DNA of 55,492 nt, taken from the IMG/VR virus record IMGVR_UViG_3300010373_000056, positions 1 to 55,492 of that record, one strand, 5' to 3'. The notes below the pieces were generated by a model. It worked only from the letters and a program-made list of their open reading frames with translations, was not told where the DNA came from and made no database searches. The stretch is from a virus (taxonomy: Duplodnaviria > Caudoviricetes). Both the position numbers and the translations under genes were made by a program. Within the stretch, counting starts at the first letter, position 1. Each line of letters starts with the position of its first letter. Positions 1 through 7,088 of this stretch are shown piece after piece.

Positions 1-19
1 GGTCTAGCGTCCACCCGCA
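1..19 (+). repeat. Terminal direct repeat, left copy (circular assembly overlap)
   Basis: GGTCTAGCGTCCACCCGCA at 1-19 is identical to 55474-55492. Confidence 0.95.
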
Positions 20-650
20 CGTCCGGCTCGGTGCAGATCCCGACGAACTGGTCCTCGTCCCGGGCGTCGATCAAGAACCCGATCCGCTCCAGGCACGTCG
101 CCACGGCCCCGAAGAGCTCCCCAGCGGCCTCGTCCAGGCGGATCGAGGTCACCGCCCCGGCCAGCCAAGCGCAGAGGTCCCGGTCCGACCAGGCGCTTGA
201 GGACGCCAGATCCCTCACTGGGCGCTCCGGCTTCACGCCCCTGGTTTCGCACAGGTGCCGGATCCAGCCGGACAGATCTGCCCTAGCCTCCCAGAGCATC
301 TCCGAGGCGTTCCAGCCGATCTGCCACGGCGTCACCGGCAACGCAACCCGACCCGACGATGTCCTGAGGTGCGCCGGCAACTCCTCGTCGTAGTACAGGT
401 TCACCACAGGCTTGCCGTCCTCGTCGACCTCCCGGTAGGCCGTCACACCGTCCGGGGGGATCCAGAGCCGCTGCGAGTTCTGGGAGACGCCCGCGCCGTT
501 CAGACGATCCTGGCGGGTCAGGTTCACCTCGAGCTCGGCGAGCATGGCAGGTAGTGATGAGAGGCGTTGGACCAGGACGTCCGAGCAGGCGGCGCAAAGG
601 TAGCTGTCGGTCTTGGCGTGGCAGACGCGGCAGGTGGGGGACTCGCTCAC
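1..650 (-). CDS. 5' part of origin-spanning Zn-finger/HTH DNA-binding protein (about 357 aa in total; possible late regulator)
   Basis: GTG at 650 overlaps the stop of 647..946; reads MSESPTCRVCHAKTDSYLCAAC... with no stop and continues in frame into 55050..55487 across the terminal overlap. Confidence 0.8.
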   Translation of the reverse strand, partial: MSESPTCRVCHAKTDSYLCAACSDVLVQRLSSLPAMLAELEVNLTRQDRLNGAGVSQNSQRLWIPPDGVTAYREVDEDGKPVVNLYYDEELPAHLRTSSGRVALPVTPWQIGWNASEMLWEARADLSGWIRHLCETRGVKPERPVRDLASSSAWSDRDLCAWLAGAVTSIRLDEAAGELFGAVATCLERIGFLIDARDEDQFVGICTEPDVRVDAR

Positions 651-946
651 TCGGCGCTCCATTCAGGACGAAAGTCAGGATGACCAGAAAAGGGCGCAGC
701 TAAGAAGCGGAGCAGTTCGTGGGGCACATCCCGGACCCACCGCTCATCAGATCCATGCCCCTCCCAATGGCCCATGGCTAGATCGGGTGCGGCTTCAAGT
801 TCGTCATCCTGCACCCATTCGATGATGCGGCGGCGGGCTGCGCACTCAGCCAACACCCGCTCATGCGGCCACCATGCCGAAGGCAACAAACCCCCAGCCT
901 CGTCCTCTTCGATCCGTTGCAGCAAAAACTCGACTAGGTCGCTCAT
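647..946 (-). CDS. DUF6221-like actinophage protein
   Basis: Pattern DLVEFLLQRIEEDE...RVLAECAARRRI...LAAPFSGHPDFRPEW. Confidence 0.7.
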   Translation of the reverse strand: MSDLVEFLLQRIEEDEAGGLLPSAWWPHERVLAECAARRRIIEWVQDDELEAAPDLAMGHWEGHGSDERWVRDVPHELLRFLAAPFSGHPDFRPEWSAE

Positions 947-1167
947 TCACTGCCTCCCGCGTGGGCCTGTATCCAATGCTCAGCAGCGACCCGCCACGGA
1001 TTGCCGACATCCACCCGCAGATGCTCGTCGAAATCACCCCACGACGCCGGGAACCCCAACTGGCAGTCCACGCAGAACACCTCCGGATACCAGCCCTCGA
1101 CGTCTTGGACCTCGACGTAATCGAGATGCTCGGCCATCACAGCCCGCAGATCGTCCTCGTCGCTCAT
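943..1167 (-). CDS. Hypothetical phage protein
   Basis: ATGA-coupled ORF, 74 aa, CxxC. Confidence 0.65.
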   Translation of the reverse strand: MSDEDDLRAVMAEHLDYVEVQDVEGWYPEVFCVDCQLGFPASWGDFDEHLRVDVGNPWRVAAEHWIQAHAGGSE

Positions 1168-1334
1168 TGCGTCCCCTCAGGCGCTGGCTCAAGGAAGAAC
1201 ACATCGACGCATTCGCCGTCCCAATCGACGTAGACGATGCGGACATCCCCGTCTGGAACCTCGAACGGGTGGGTGAAGTTCATCTGCCCGTCGGCCCAGA
1301 GGACCATCTTCCGGCGCAGCCGGTACTGGCTCAT
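1164..1334 (-). CDS. Small hypothetical protein (MSQYRLRRKMVLWADG...)
   Basis: ATGA overlaps at both ends, RBS GAGGGG; below the ORF track size cut-off. Confidence 0.6.
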   Translation of the reverse strand: MSQYRLRRKMVLWADGQMNFTHPFEVPDGDVRIVYVDWDGECVDVFFLEPAPEGTQ

Positions 1335-1840
1335 GTCGTCCCCTCAACCGGCAAAACAGACCTATTTACGCTAGAAGCGGCTACCGCGGTTGGCAGCCCA
1401 TCACGGCGCTCATCGGCCCAGAAGTTCGGGGCGAAAACCGGGGCGTCAAGAGACCCGCGCAGCCAGTTGTAGAGAATCTGGCCCGTGCGGCCGTTGCCGT
1501 CGCGGAACGGGTGGATCTCCTCGAACTCCCGGAAGAACTCCTCTGGTGACAGCAACTCGCCGTCCTCCAGCAGTGATGCCATCGCCACGGGCACCTGCTG
1601 CCACGGCATCTTCACCGAGTAGCCGACCCGCACACCTACCCGCCTATAGCCGTCACGGTTGACGACCGGCTCGACTAATCGCCCGATCTCGATGAGCCGT
1701 TCCTCGTCCAATGCCCCGACTTGGCACGCGAAGTCCCAGGCGTCGATCATCCAGCCGACACTCAACTCGCCCGAGCGTTGCAGCAGGCATTCCTGCGCGC
1801 AGAAGTTGACTACCTTCAGCTGCGGCGCACTGAACTTCAT
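1331..1840 (-). CDS. Minimal Fic/Doc-family protein
   Basis: HPFRDGNGRTGQ matches the Fic motif HPFxDGNGR. Confidence 0.85.
   Translation of the reverse strand: MKFSAPQLKVVNFCAQECLLQRSGELSVGWMIDAWDFACQVGALDEERLIEIGRLVEPVVNRDGYRRVGVRVGYSVKMPWQQVPVAMASLLEDGELLSPEEFFREFEEIHPFRDGNGRTGQILYNWLRGSLDAPVFAPNFWADERRDGLPTAVAASSVNRSVLPVEGTT
1352..1389 (+). repeat. Junction repeat arm A
   Basis: CAAAACAGACCTATTT-ACGCTAGAAGCGGCTACCG-CGG; the 19-mer is identical at 2610-2628 and 4260-4278. Confidence 0.9.
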
Positions 1841-2133
1841 GTCGTCCCCTCAAGAGCCGCCCGAAGCTTCTCGCCGCAATCAACCCGGGCCGCGCCTTGC
1901 TGCGTGTGAACTTCGATCGAAGCCCATTCGTCGGCTAGTGCTTGTACGCGAGACAGCCGAGCCGCGGCCTCACGAGCGAACGACAACGACACCAACTCAC
2001 CAGCGGCACCCCATGACGGGCGCTTCATCTGCCCATCGGTGTCACGCTCCACACCGAGCGCGGCAGCGAGGACGTCCTCGATCTCGCGGATGACGTCAGC
2101 GCGGGCGGCGGCCAGGATCTCGGATTCGCTCAT
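1837..2133 (-). CDS. Hypothetical phage protein (MSESEILAAARAD...)
   Basis: ATGA-coupled start at 2133 inside ORF 1837..2547. Confidence 0.65.
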   Translation of the reverse strand: MSESEILAAARADVIREIEDVLAAALGVERDTDGQMKRPSWGAAGELVSLSFAREAAARLSRVQALADEWASIEVHTQQGAARVDCGEKLRAALEGTT

Positions 2134-2582
2134 GTGTTGCCTTTCCAGTTTTGGATGGCACGAGCAGTAGGACACGGCCACAGAGGAACGGTGACGTGAC
2201 AGTGGTTGCACGTCAGGGTGAACGTCGGCGCGTTGGTCGTTCCGCCGCTGATCGGGATCCTGCGCGGCTGGTGTAGCTGGTCTATTTCGGTTAGGGCCAG
2301 CCGAGCAGCATCCAGGTCGATTGAGACGGGTCCGCATTCGCCGCACTCGGACGCCTGTCCAGCGAAATAGCCCTGCCACCACGGGTCGTCGTCGCGTTCG
2401 TCGCCCCAGTGCGGGAGTCGGGCGGCTACCCGGATCGGGTCGACAGCGTCCGCAGCGGCCAGAGCGTTCCGCATCTCCGAGCGGCACATGGCGGCGTCCC
2501 CAGGATCGACGACGTCGTCGCCCCATTCGTAGTAGAACGCTTCGCATGCCGCTTCGATTCGCGGGTCGGCTGTGTCACTCAT
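2130..2582 (-). CDS. Hypothetical actinophage protein with CxxC...WPCPT motif
   Basis: 150-aa ORF, ATGA coupled. Confidence 0.7.
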   Translation of the reverse strand: MSDTADPRIEAACEAFYYEWGDDVVDPGDAAMCRSEMRNALAAADAVDPIRVAARLPHWGDERDDDPWWQGYFAGQASECGECGPVSIDLDAARLALTEIDQLHQPRRIPISGGTTNAPTFTLTCNHCHVTVPLWPCPTARAIQNWKGNT

Positions 2583-2956
2583 ACCCCACCCCCAAAACCA
2601 GACATATCTACGCTAGAAGCGGCTACCGAGGACTCGTGGGCAGCGGCGCGATCGGTGCCCGGCTCGGCAAGCCGGTCGTTTCCATCCGGTTCGGTGGGTA
2701 TTGCTGGTACAGCCCGAGCCGCCGCCAGAATGACTTCGATGAAGCGATCTACACCTGCTGCGAAGGCCTCGGTGCTGATTCGGTGTTCCTTCCATCGTCG
2801 GCGGTCTGTTCGGAGTAGGACGGCGTATTCGCTGAGTCGCCCGAGTACGTCTTGCGCCAGATCTCTCTCGGGCACTCCGGAGGACACGGCCCTGACCCAC
2901 AACAGATCAGCAGATTGTGCAACGGCGGGTCCGGGATCGTCACGCTGAACCTCCAT
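2579..2956 (-). CDS. Hypothetical protein ending in the repeat-encoded peptide SVAASSVDMSGFGGGV
   Basis: ATG at 2956 lies 6 nt after GAGGAGG; start uncertain (alternative ORF 2749..2961). Confidence 0.5.
   Translation of the reverse strand: MEVQRDDPGPAVAQSADLLWVRAVSSGVPERDLAQDVLGRLSEYAVLLRTDRRRWKEHRISTEAFAAGVDRFIEVILAAARAVPAIPTEPDGNDRLAEPGTDRAAAHESSVAASSVDMSGFGGGV
2593..2631 (+). repeat. Junction repeat arm B
   Basis: CAAAACCAGACATATCT-ACGCTAGAAGCGGCTACCG-AGG. Confidence 0.9.
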
Positions 2957-2957
2957 G

Positions 2958-3365
2958 TCATTCCTCCTCAACGGTCGCATCTGCGCCCGCCTCGTGGCGT
3001 ATATGAGCATTTTGATCTTGTGGTGTCTCCCCTGATAGAGCACCGGATCCGTCGCATTCGCCGCAGCGCCATCGGTCGGCGTCGAAGATGACGTAGCCAC
3101 TGCATCCGTCGTGACGCCACTGACCGTCGTGATTCGGGTGGATTCCGTCCCGGTCAGCCAGCGCGGCACGTAGTTGGCCGCGCAACTCGCGCGCTTCGTG
3201 GTAGTGCTGCGTCGCCAGCGTCTCGAAGTTCGATGCTTCGGCGGTTAGTGTGGCGACCCTGGCCAGCGCCTGGTCACGGGTCTCGACGGCGGCAATGTAG
3301 GCAAGCTCCAGTTGGTCGCGCTTGAGCTTGCTGATGTGTGTCCAGCCGTGGTCGATGATGCTCAC
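2958..3365 (-). CDS. Hypothetical coiled-coil/Zn-ribbon protein
   Basis: 135-aa ORF, coupled to neighbours. Confidence 0.6.
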   Translation of the reverse strand: MSIIDHGWTHISKLKRDQLELAYIAAVETRDQALARVATLTAEASNFETLATQHYHEARELRGQLRAALADRDGIHPNHDGQWRHDGCSGYVIFDADRWRCGECDGSGALSGETPQDQNAHIRHEAGADATVEEE

Positions 3366-3670
3366 GTCTGCTCCAAGTAGTGTCGGGCGAGCCTTGCCCG
3401 TGAGGTGTCGTCTTGGCCGCCTTGGAACAGCGCCGCTCGAATGTTCGCGAGCTTGGCGTCTTTGGTGGCGTTGTCGGCCCGGAGACGCACCAACTCAGAC
3501 TGCAACGCCTTGTAGACCAAGACGGCTTCGGCTAGGCAGTCAGCCGGGAAATGCCACTCGCCCCTGCGCGCAGCTTCGGAGGCAGCCGTCCATTTCGCCG
3601 CCAACACCGCTGCCGCTTCGATCTCGTCGTCTGTTCGGGTGTCCGCTACTACGTCGTCAGCCACGGCCAA
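3362..3670 (-). CDS. Hypothetical phage protein
   Basis: 102-aa ORF, RBS GGAGG. Confidence 0.6.
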   Translation of the reverse strand: MAVADDVVADTRTDDEIEAAAVLAAKWTAASEAARRGEWHFPADCLAEAVLVYKALQSELVRLRADNATKDAKLANIRAALFQGGQDDTSRARLARHYLEQT

Positions 3671-3905
3671 CCTCCTCCGATTTCGGGACGATCTTGAATC
3701 CGCGCTGGTCGAGCCCTTTGATTAACTCGTCGGCTTTCGCGAACATCGGGTGGGTGGCGTGCGGCAGCGCGTCCATCACGGCGGTCTGGATGTCATACGG
3801 CTCGTCGCCGTCATCGGCTTCGTAGTCGCATTCCTCGCATGTCCAGCAGGAATCGTCTGGGTCGTCCGGGTCGCATCCGCAGTGCGCGCAGCCGTAGCAG
3901 CTCAT
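3657..3905 (-). CDS. Hypothetical Cys/Asp-rich protein
   Basis: 82-aa ORF with RBS GGGAGG. Confidence 0.6.
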   Translation of the reverse strand: MSCYGCAHCGCDPDDPDDSCWTCEECDYEADDGDEPYDIQTAVMDALPHATHPMFAKADELIKGLDQRGFKIVPKSEEVGRG

Positions 3906-3981
3906 GTTGGTGTGCCTCCCCCAACCGCAGGTCCATGTACGCCGTCGTCACAGAATCCGGGCGCTTGGTGTGCCTCCCTGC

Positions 3982-4239
3982 TCAGCCCGAGCCCCGCAAA
4001 AGCTCGACGGATGCTTTGCGCTCGCCGAGATGAAGCGCCTGAATAGCGTCGGCGGCGGCATGAAGTGCTCGCTGTTCGACGGCCCTGTCGTGTTCAGCGA
4101 GCCACGACGACGACAAGATGCGATCGGCGATTGTGAAGTCCTGCCGATTCAGGGCCGGAAACACCTTGCCGCCGTACCTCTGCGCTTGAACCAGCGCGGC
4201 GAGGGCGTCTCGGTCCGCTACCACACCCAAATCAGACAT
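3982..4239 (-). CDS. Hypothetical actinophage protein (MSDLGVVADRDALAAL...)
   Basis: ADRILSSSWLAEHDR...ALHAAADAI pattern; 3' end may be frameshifted. Confidence 0.55.
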   Translation of the reverse strand: MSDLGVVADRDALAALVQAQRYGGKVFPALNRQDFTIADRILSSSWLAEHDRAVEQRALHAAADAIQALHLGERKASVELLRGSG

Positions 4240-4603
4240 CAAGATCACAACCCTCATTCACGCTAGAAGCGGCTACCGCGGATTCGTGGAAAGCGTTACG
4301 CGACGCTTTGCCGATGTGCCACTCGTCGCACTTACGGCAGCGCCAGCACGCGAGGACGATGTTGCCGCCACCTTTGCCGCCCCACGAGCGCGGCACCAGG
4401 TGGTCACGAGTGGCGTGGGAGATGTTCGGCTTGCGCGGCTCACAAACTCGGCAATGGACACGCCTGCCGCAGTGCTGGCAGGTCCAGCCGCGGGCGTCGC
4501 CGAGCTTGTGCATCTGGCCGTGCTTTGAGCCTTTGCTGAATCGCAGGTTGGCTTCAGCCGCGTCTTCGCGGTTATCGGTTTGCCTGTCAGGGTTGGGGCT
4601 CAT
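4232..4603 (-). CDS. HNH endonuclease-like protein with repeat-encoded termini
   Basis: CQHCG...TRDHLVPRSWGG...NIVLACWRC. Confidence 0.75.
   Translation of the reverse strand: MSPNPDRQTDNREDAAEANLRFSKGSKHGQMHKLGDARGWTCQHCGRRVHCRVCEPRKPNISHATRDHLVPRSWGGKGGGNIVLACWRCRKCDEWHIGKASRNAFHESAVAASSVNEGCDLDV
4260..4281 (+). repeat. Junction repeat arm C
   Basis: ACGCTAGAAGCGGCTACCGCGG. Confidence 0.9.
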
Positions 4604-4622
4604 ACCGACCCCCCAAAATCGA
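4591..4622 (+). repeat. 32-bp junction core, copy 1
   Basis: GGTTGGGGCTCATACCGACCCCCCAAAATCGA, identical at 5598-5629. Confidence 0.95.
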
Positions 4623-5610
4623 AAGGCGTGTCCCCGATGCGCTGGACAGCGATATCGAGATACGCGGGGTTGAGGTCTATGCCGATCGCTTTGCGGCCCA
4701 ACCGGCGGGCGACCATCGCCGTCGTGCCGGAGCCGTTGAACGGGTCCAGCACGGTTCCGCCTTCGGGGCAGCCAGCGAGGATGCAGCGCCTAGCTAATTC
4801 AGGTGGCATGGTGGCGAAGTGCGCGCCAGGGAACGGGGCGGTTGGGATCGACCAGACGTCTCCGGGATTCTTACCCAGCGGGTTCGCATCAATCTTCCCA
4901 CCGTCCTTAAGCATGTTCGATTTGAGCTGAGCATGGTGCGTAGCGCCGCCCTGCTGGAACTCGCTCTCATATCGCTTCAACGAGATGGCGCTGTATGGCT
5001 CTCGGATGGCATCTAGATCGAACCAATAGTTGCGGTTCTTACTGAGCAGAAAAACGTTTTCATGGGTAGAGCTGACGCGGTCCGTGACGCTCTCAGGCAT
5101 CGCGTTCGGCTTGTGCCAGATGATCTCCTTGCGCAGCGTCCACCCCCTATCCTGGAGGGCGAAAGCGACCTTCCATGGGATTCCGATGAGGTTCTTCGGA
5201 CGCCCCCATTCCTGCGCCACGTCAACGGGCCGAACAAATCCGCGCCTCGCTGGTTGTTTCCTGTCCGGTCCGACTGCCGCGCCCTTGCCGCTGAAGTAGG
5301 TGTCGCCCAGATTGAGCCACATGACGCCATCGTTCGTCATCGCATCACCTGCAAGGTCAAGGATGTCGACCAGCTTTTCGACGTACTCACCCGGTGACGC
5401 CTCTAAGCCAACCTGGCCGTCCACCCCGTAGTCGCGGAGACCGAAATAGGGCGGCGATGTGACAACGCAGTTCACCGAGCCTGGTGCGAGGGTGGCGAGC
5501 ACTTCCCGTGCGTCACCGAGCAGCAGCGTCACGTCGTGGTCCTCGAAGTACGGAACCGCGGTAGCCGCATCTTGCGTAGATAGATTTTCTGTTCCCTGGT
5601 TGGGGCTCAT
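4600..5610 (-). CDS. DNA methyltransferase, N6_N4 (beta) family, SPPY type (likely m4C)
   Basis: VTSPPYFGLRDY, HFATMPPEL, VLDPFNGSGTT. Confidence 0.93.
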   Translation of the reverse strand: MSPNQGTENLSTQDAATAVPYFEDHDVTLLLGDAREVLATLAPGSVNCVVTSPPYFGLRDYGVDGQVGLEASPGEYVEKLVDILDLAGDAMTNDGVMWLNLGDTYFSGKGAAVGPDRKQPARRGFVRPVDVAQEWGRPKNLIGIPWKVAFALQDRGWTLRKEIIWHKPNAMPESVTDRVSSTHENVFLLSKNRNYWFDLDAIREPYSAISLKRYESEFQQGGATHHAQLKSNMLKDGGKIDANPLGKNPGDVWSIPTAPFPGAHFATMPPELARRCILAGCPEGGTVLDPFNGSGTTAMVARRLGRKAIGIDLNPAYLDIAVQRIGDTPFDFGGSV

Positions 5611-5629
5611 ACCGACCCCCCAAAATCGA
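5554..5629 (+). repeat. Inverted junction arm E plus 32-bp core copy 2
   Basis: CGGTAGCCGCATCTTGCGT (5559-5577) is a 17/19 reverse complement of the arm 19-mer and is followed by the core repeat. Confidence 0.9.
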
Positions 5630-6350
5630 GAACGTCCTGAGCAAGCCGCTTGGCCGCTATTTCGCAGTACCGCTCATCTACCTCGATGCCGATCGAGCGA
5701 AATCCGAGTTGCTTAGCCGTGACGAGCGTGGTTCCGCTGCCCATGAATGGATCAAGGATCAGAGCGGCAGGCGGCACGACCTGTAACGCCCACAGCATGA
5801 CCGGCTCAGGCTTCTGGGCTATGTGGTCGCGGTCCCCGTCGATCTTGCACGACACGACGTTCTGAGGGCTCCCGCCGCCATCGATGACCGGACCGTTAGT
5901 CGCATAGACCACGTACTCGGCTGAGGATGAGAAACGACCCTTCTGCATCCGGACACCGGGCTTCCACCAGGTGCCGAGGTTGCGCCAGACCCATCCGCCA
6001 GCCTGGACCGCGTCGGTGAGAACGGGCAGATTGCGCCAGTCGATGAACGAGACGAGCACCGCCCCAGGCTCTGACGCATTGCGTGCGGCGTTCAGCCAAA
6101 GCGTCGCCCAGGCCATGAACGAGCGCTGGTCACGGTTGTCCCCAGCGAACTCCGGCCGATAAGCGTACGTGTCGCTGTTGACGTACTTCGTCGTCGTCGC
6201 CTGTGCTCTGTCGCCCCGGAATGCGCCACCCGACGAATACGGAGGATCCGTTATCACAGCGCCGACGCCCGACAGGTCATGCAGGATGTCGAAGCAGTCG
6301 CCGTGGTAGAGGGTTACGAAGTCGTCGGTGTAGTACGGGTTGGGGCTCAT
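5607..6350 (-). CDS. DNA methyltransferase, N6_N4 (beta) family, DPPY type (likely m6A)
   Basis: ITDPPYSSGG, HIAQKP, ILDPFMGSGTT. Confidence 0.93.
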   Translation of the reverse strand: MSPNPYYTDDFVTLYHGDCFDILHDLSGVGAVITDPPYSSGGAFRGDRAQATTTKYVNSDTYAYRPEFAGDNRDQRSFMAWATLWLNAARNASEPGAVLVSFIDWRNLPVLTDAVQAGGWVWRNLGTWWKPGVRMQKGRFSSSAEYVVYATNGPVIDGGGSPQNVVSCKIDGDRDHIAQKPEPVMLWALQVVPPAALILDPFMGSGTTLVTAKQLGFRSIGIEVDERYCEIAAKRLAQDVLDFGGSV

Positions 6351-6398
6351 AGAGACCCCCCCAAAACAGACCTATCAACGCCAGGAGGCGTGCTACCG
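6338..6398 (+). repeat. Junction core variant plus degenerate arm F
   Basis: GGTTGGGGCTCATAGAGACCCCCCCAAAACAGACCTATCAACGCCAGGAGGCGTGCTACCG; CAAAACAGACCTAT is identical to 1352-1365. Confidence 0.85.
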
Positions 6399-6547
6399 CC
6401 GAGTTCCAGCGTCGTGAATCGGCCACGCTCATCGCGCGCCCGCACGAGACCGTCGCCACGGCACTCCGAGCAGTCGCGAGGCCCGTTCATCGCGTCTTCC
6501 ATGCCAGAACCCCGGCACCAGGAGCAACGCTCGTAGGCCGTCCTCAT
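6347..6547 (-). CDS. Small DnaJ-type Zn-finger protein
   Basis: CSWCRGSG...CSECRGDG (CxxCxGxG twice). Confidence 0.7.
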   Translation of the reverse strand: MRTAYERCSWCRGSGMEDAMNGPRDCSECRGDGLVRARDERGRFTTLELGGSTPPGVDRSVLGGSL

Positions 6548-6768
6548 GACGCCGCCTCGTCGTCGCATTCCTCGCCAGTGACGTTCGTGGCGTAGGCCAG
6601 CATCCCCAGGTAATCCCACGGGGTCAGGTCCCGGGAGGCGATCACGCTCAACCCGCTGACCCCGTCGGTGTCCATCGTCTCCATGATCACGATGAACCGG
6701 GTGGCCATCTCGGGCCGCACCGACTGGCTGAGGGCCGTTGTCACCCGGTCTCGCAAAGCCTCGGTCAT
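6544..6768 (-). CDS. Hypothetical protein (MTEALRDRV...)
   Basis: ATGA coupled; LTPWDYLGML motif. Confidence 0.65.
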   Translation of the reverse strand: MTEALRDRVTTALSQSVRPEMATRFIVIMETMDTDGVSGLSVIASRDLTPWDYLGMLAYATNVTGEECDDEAAS

Positions 6769-7088
6769 CGGAGTTTCGCCTCCGTCTCCAGGTAGGCGAA
6801 GATGTTCCACACGACCGCGATGGCGTGGTCCTCGTCGGTCTCCCCCGCCCGCCACTGATGCAGGTGCCGGAGCGCGGAGGCCATGAACCGCTCAAGCTCC
6901 TCCGGGGAGTTCGCCAGTTCCCAGTTGTGGTCGCCATATTTCTCGGCCCCCCGGGCATAGAGCTCGGCGAGGCGCAACTGCGGCCCCAGTGGGATCAGGT
7001 CGAAGCGGGGCTTGCCCTCGGTGCTGTCCCGCCGGAAACCAGACGGGTACTCGACCCGCTGCCCCGAGTCCAGGGTCTCGAATGTCAT
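6765..7088 (-). CDS. dATP/dGTP diphosphohydrolase-domain protein (DUF5664-like)
   Basis: GKPRFDLIP...GAEKYGDHNW...SALRHL...EDH. Confidence 0.85.
   Translation of the reverse strand: MTFETLDSGQRVEYPSGFRRDSTEGKPRFDLIPLGPQLRLAELYARGAEKYGDHNWELANSPEELERFMASALRHLHQWRAGETDEDHAIAVVWNIFAYLETEAKLR

Noticed and set aside
2545-2575. Left arm at junction B (GCCGCTTC complementary to GAAGCGGC)
   Set aside because: Only an 8-bp match, encoding the common peptide EAA; may be chance, so not counted
1368-6398. CRISPR array interpretation of the 19-bp repeats
   Set aside because: Spacing is irregular and gene-sized, orientations are mixed, copies lie inside ORFs, and no cas genes are present
6765-7088. Z-genome or 7-deazaguanine modification system
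   Set aside because: No PurZ, DNA polymerase, DpdA or Que-pathway genes recognisable in the genome
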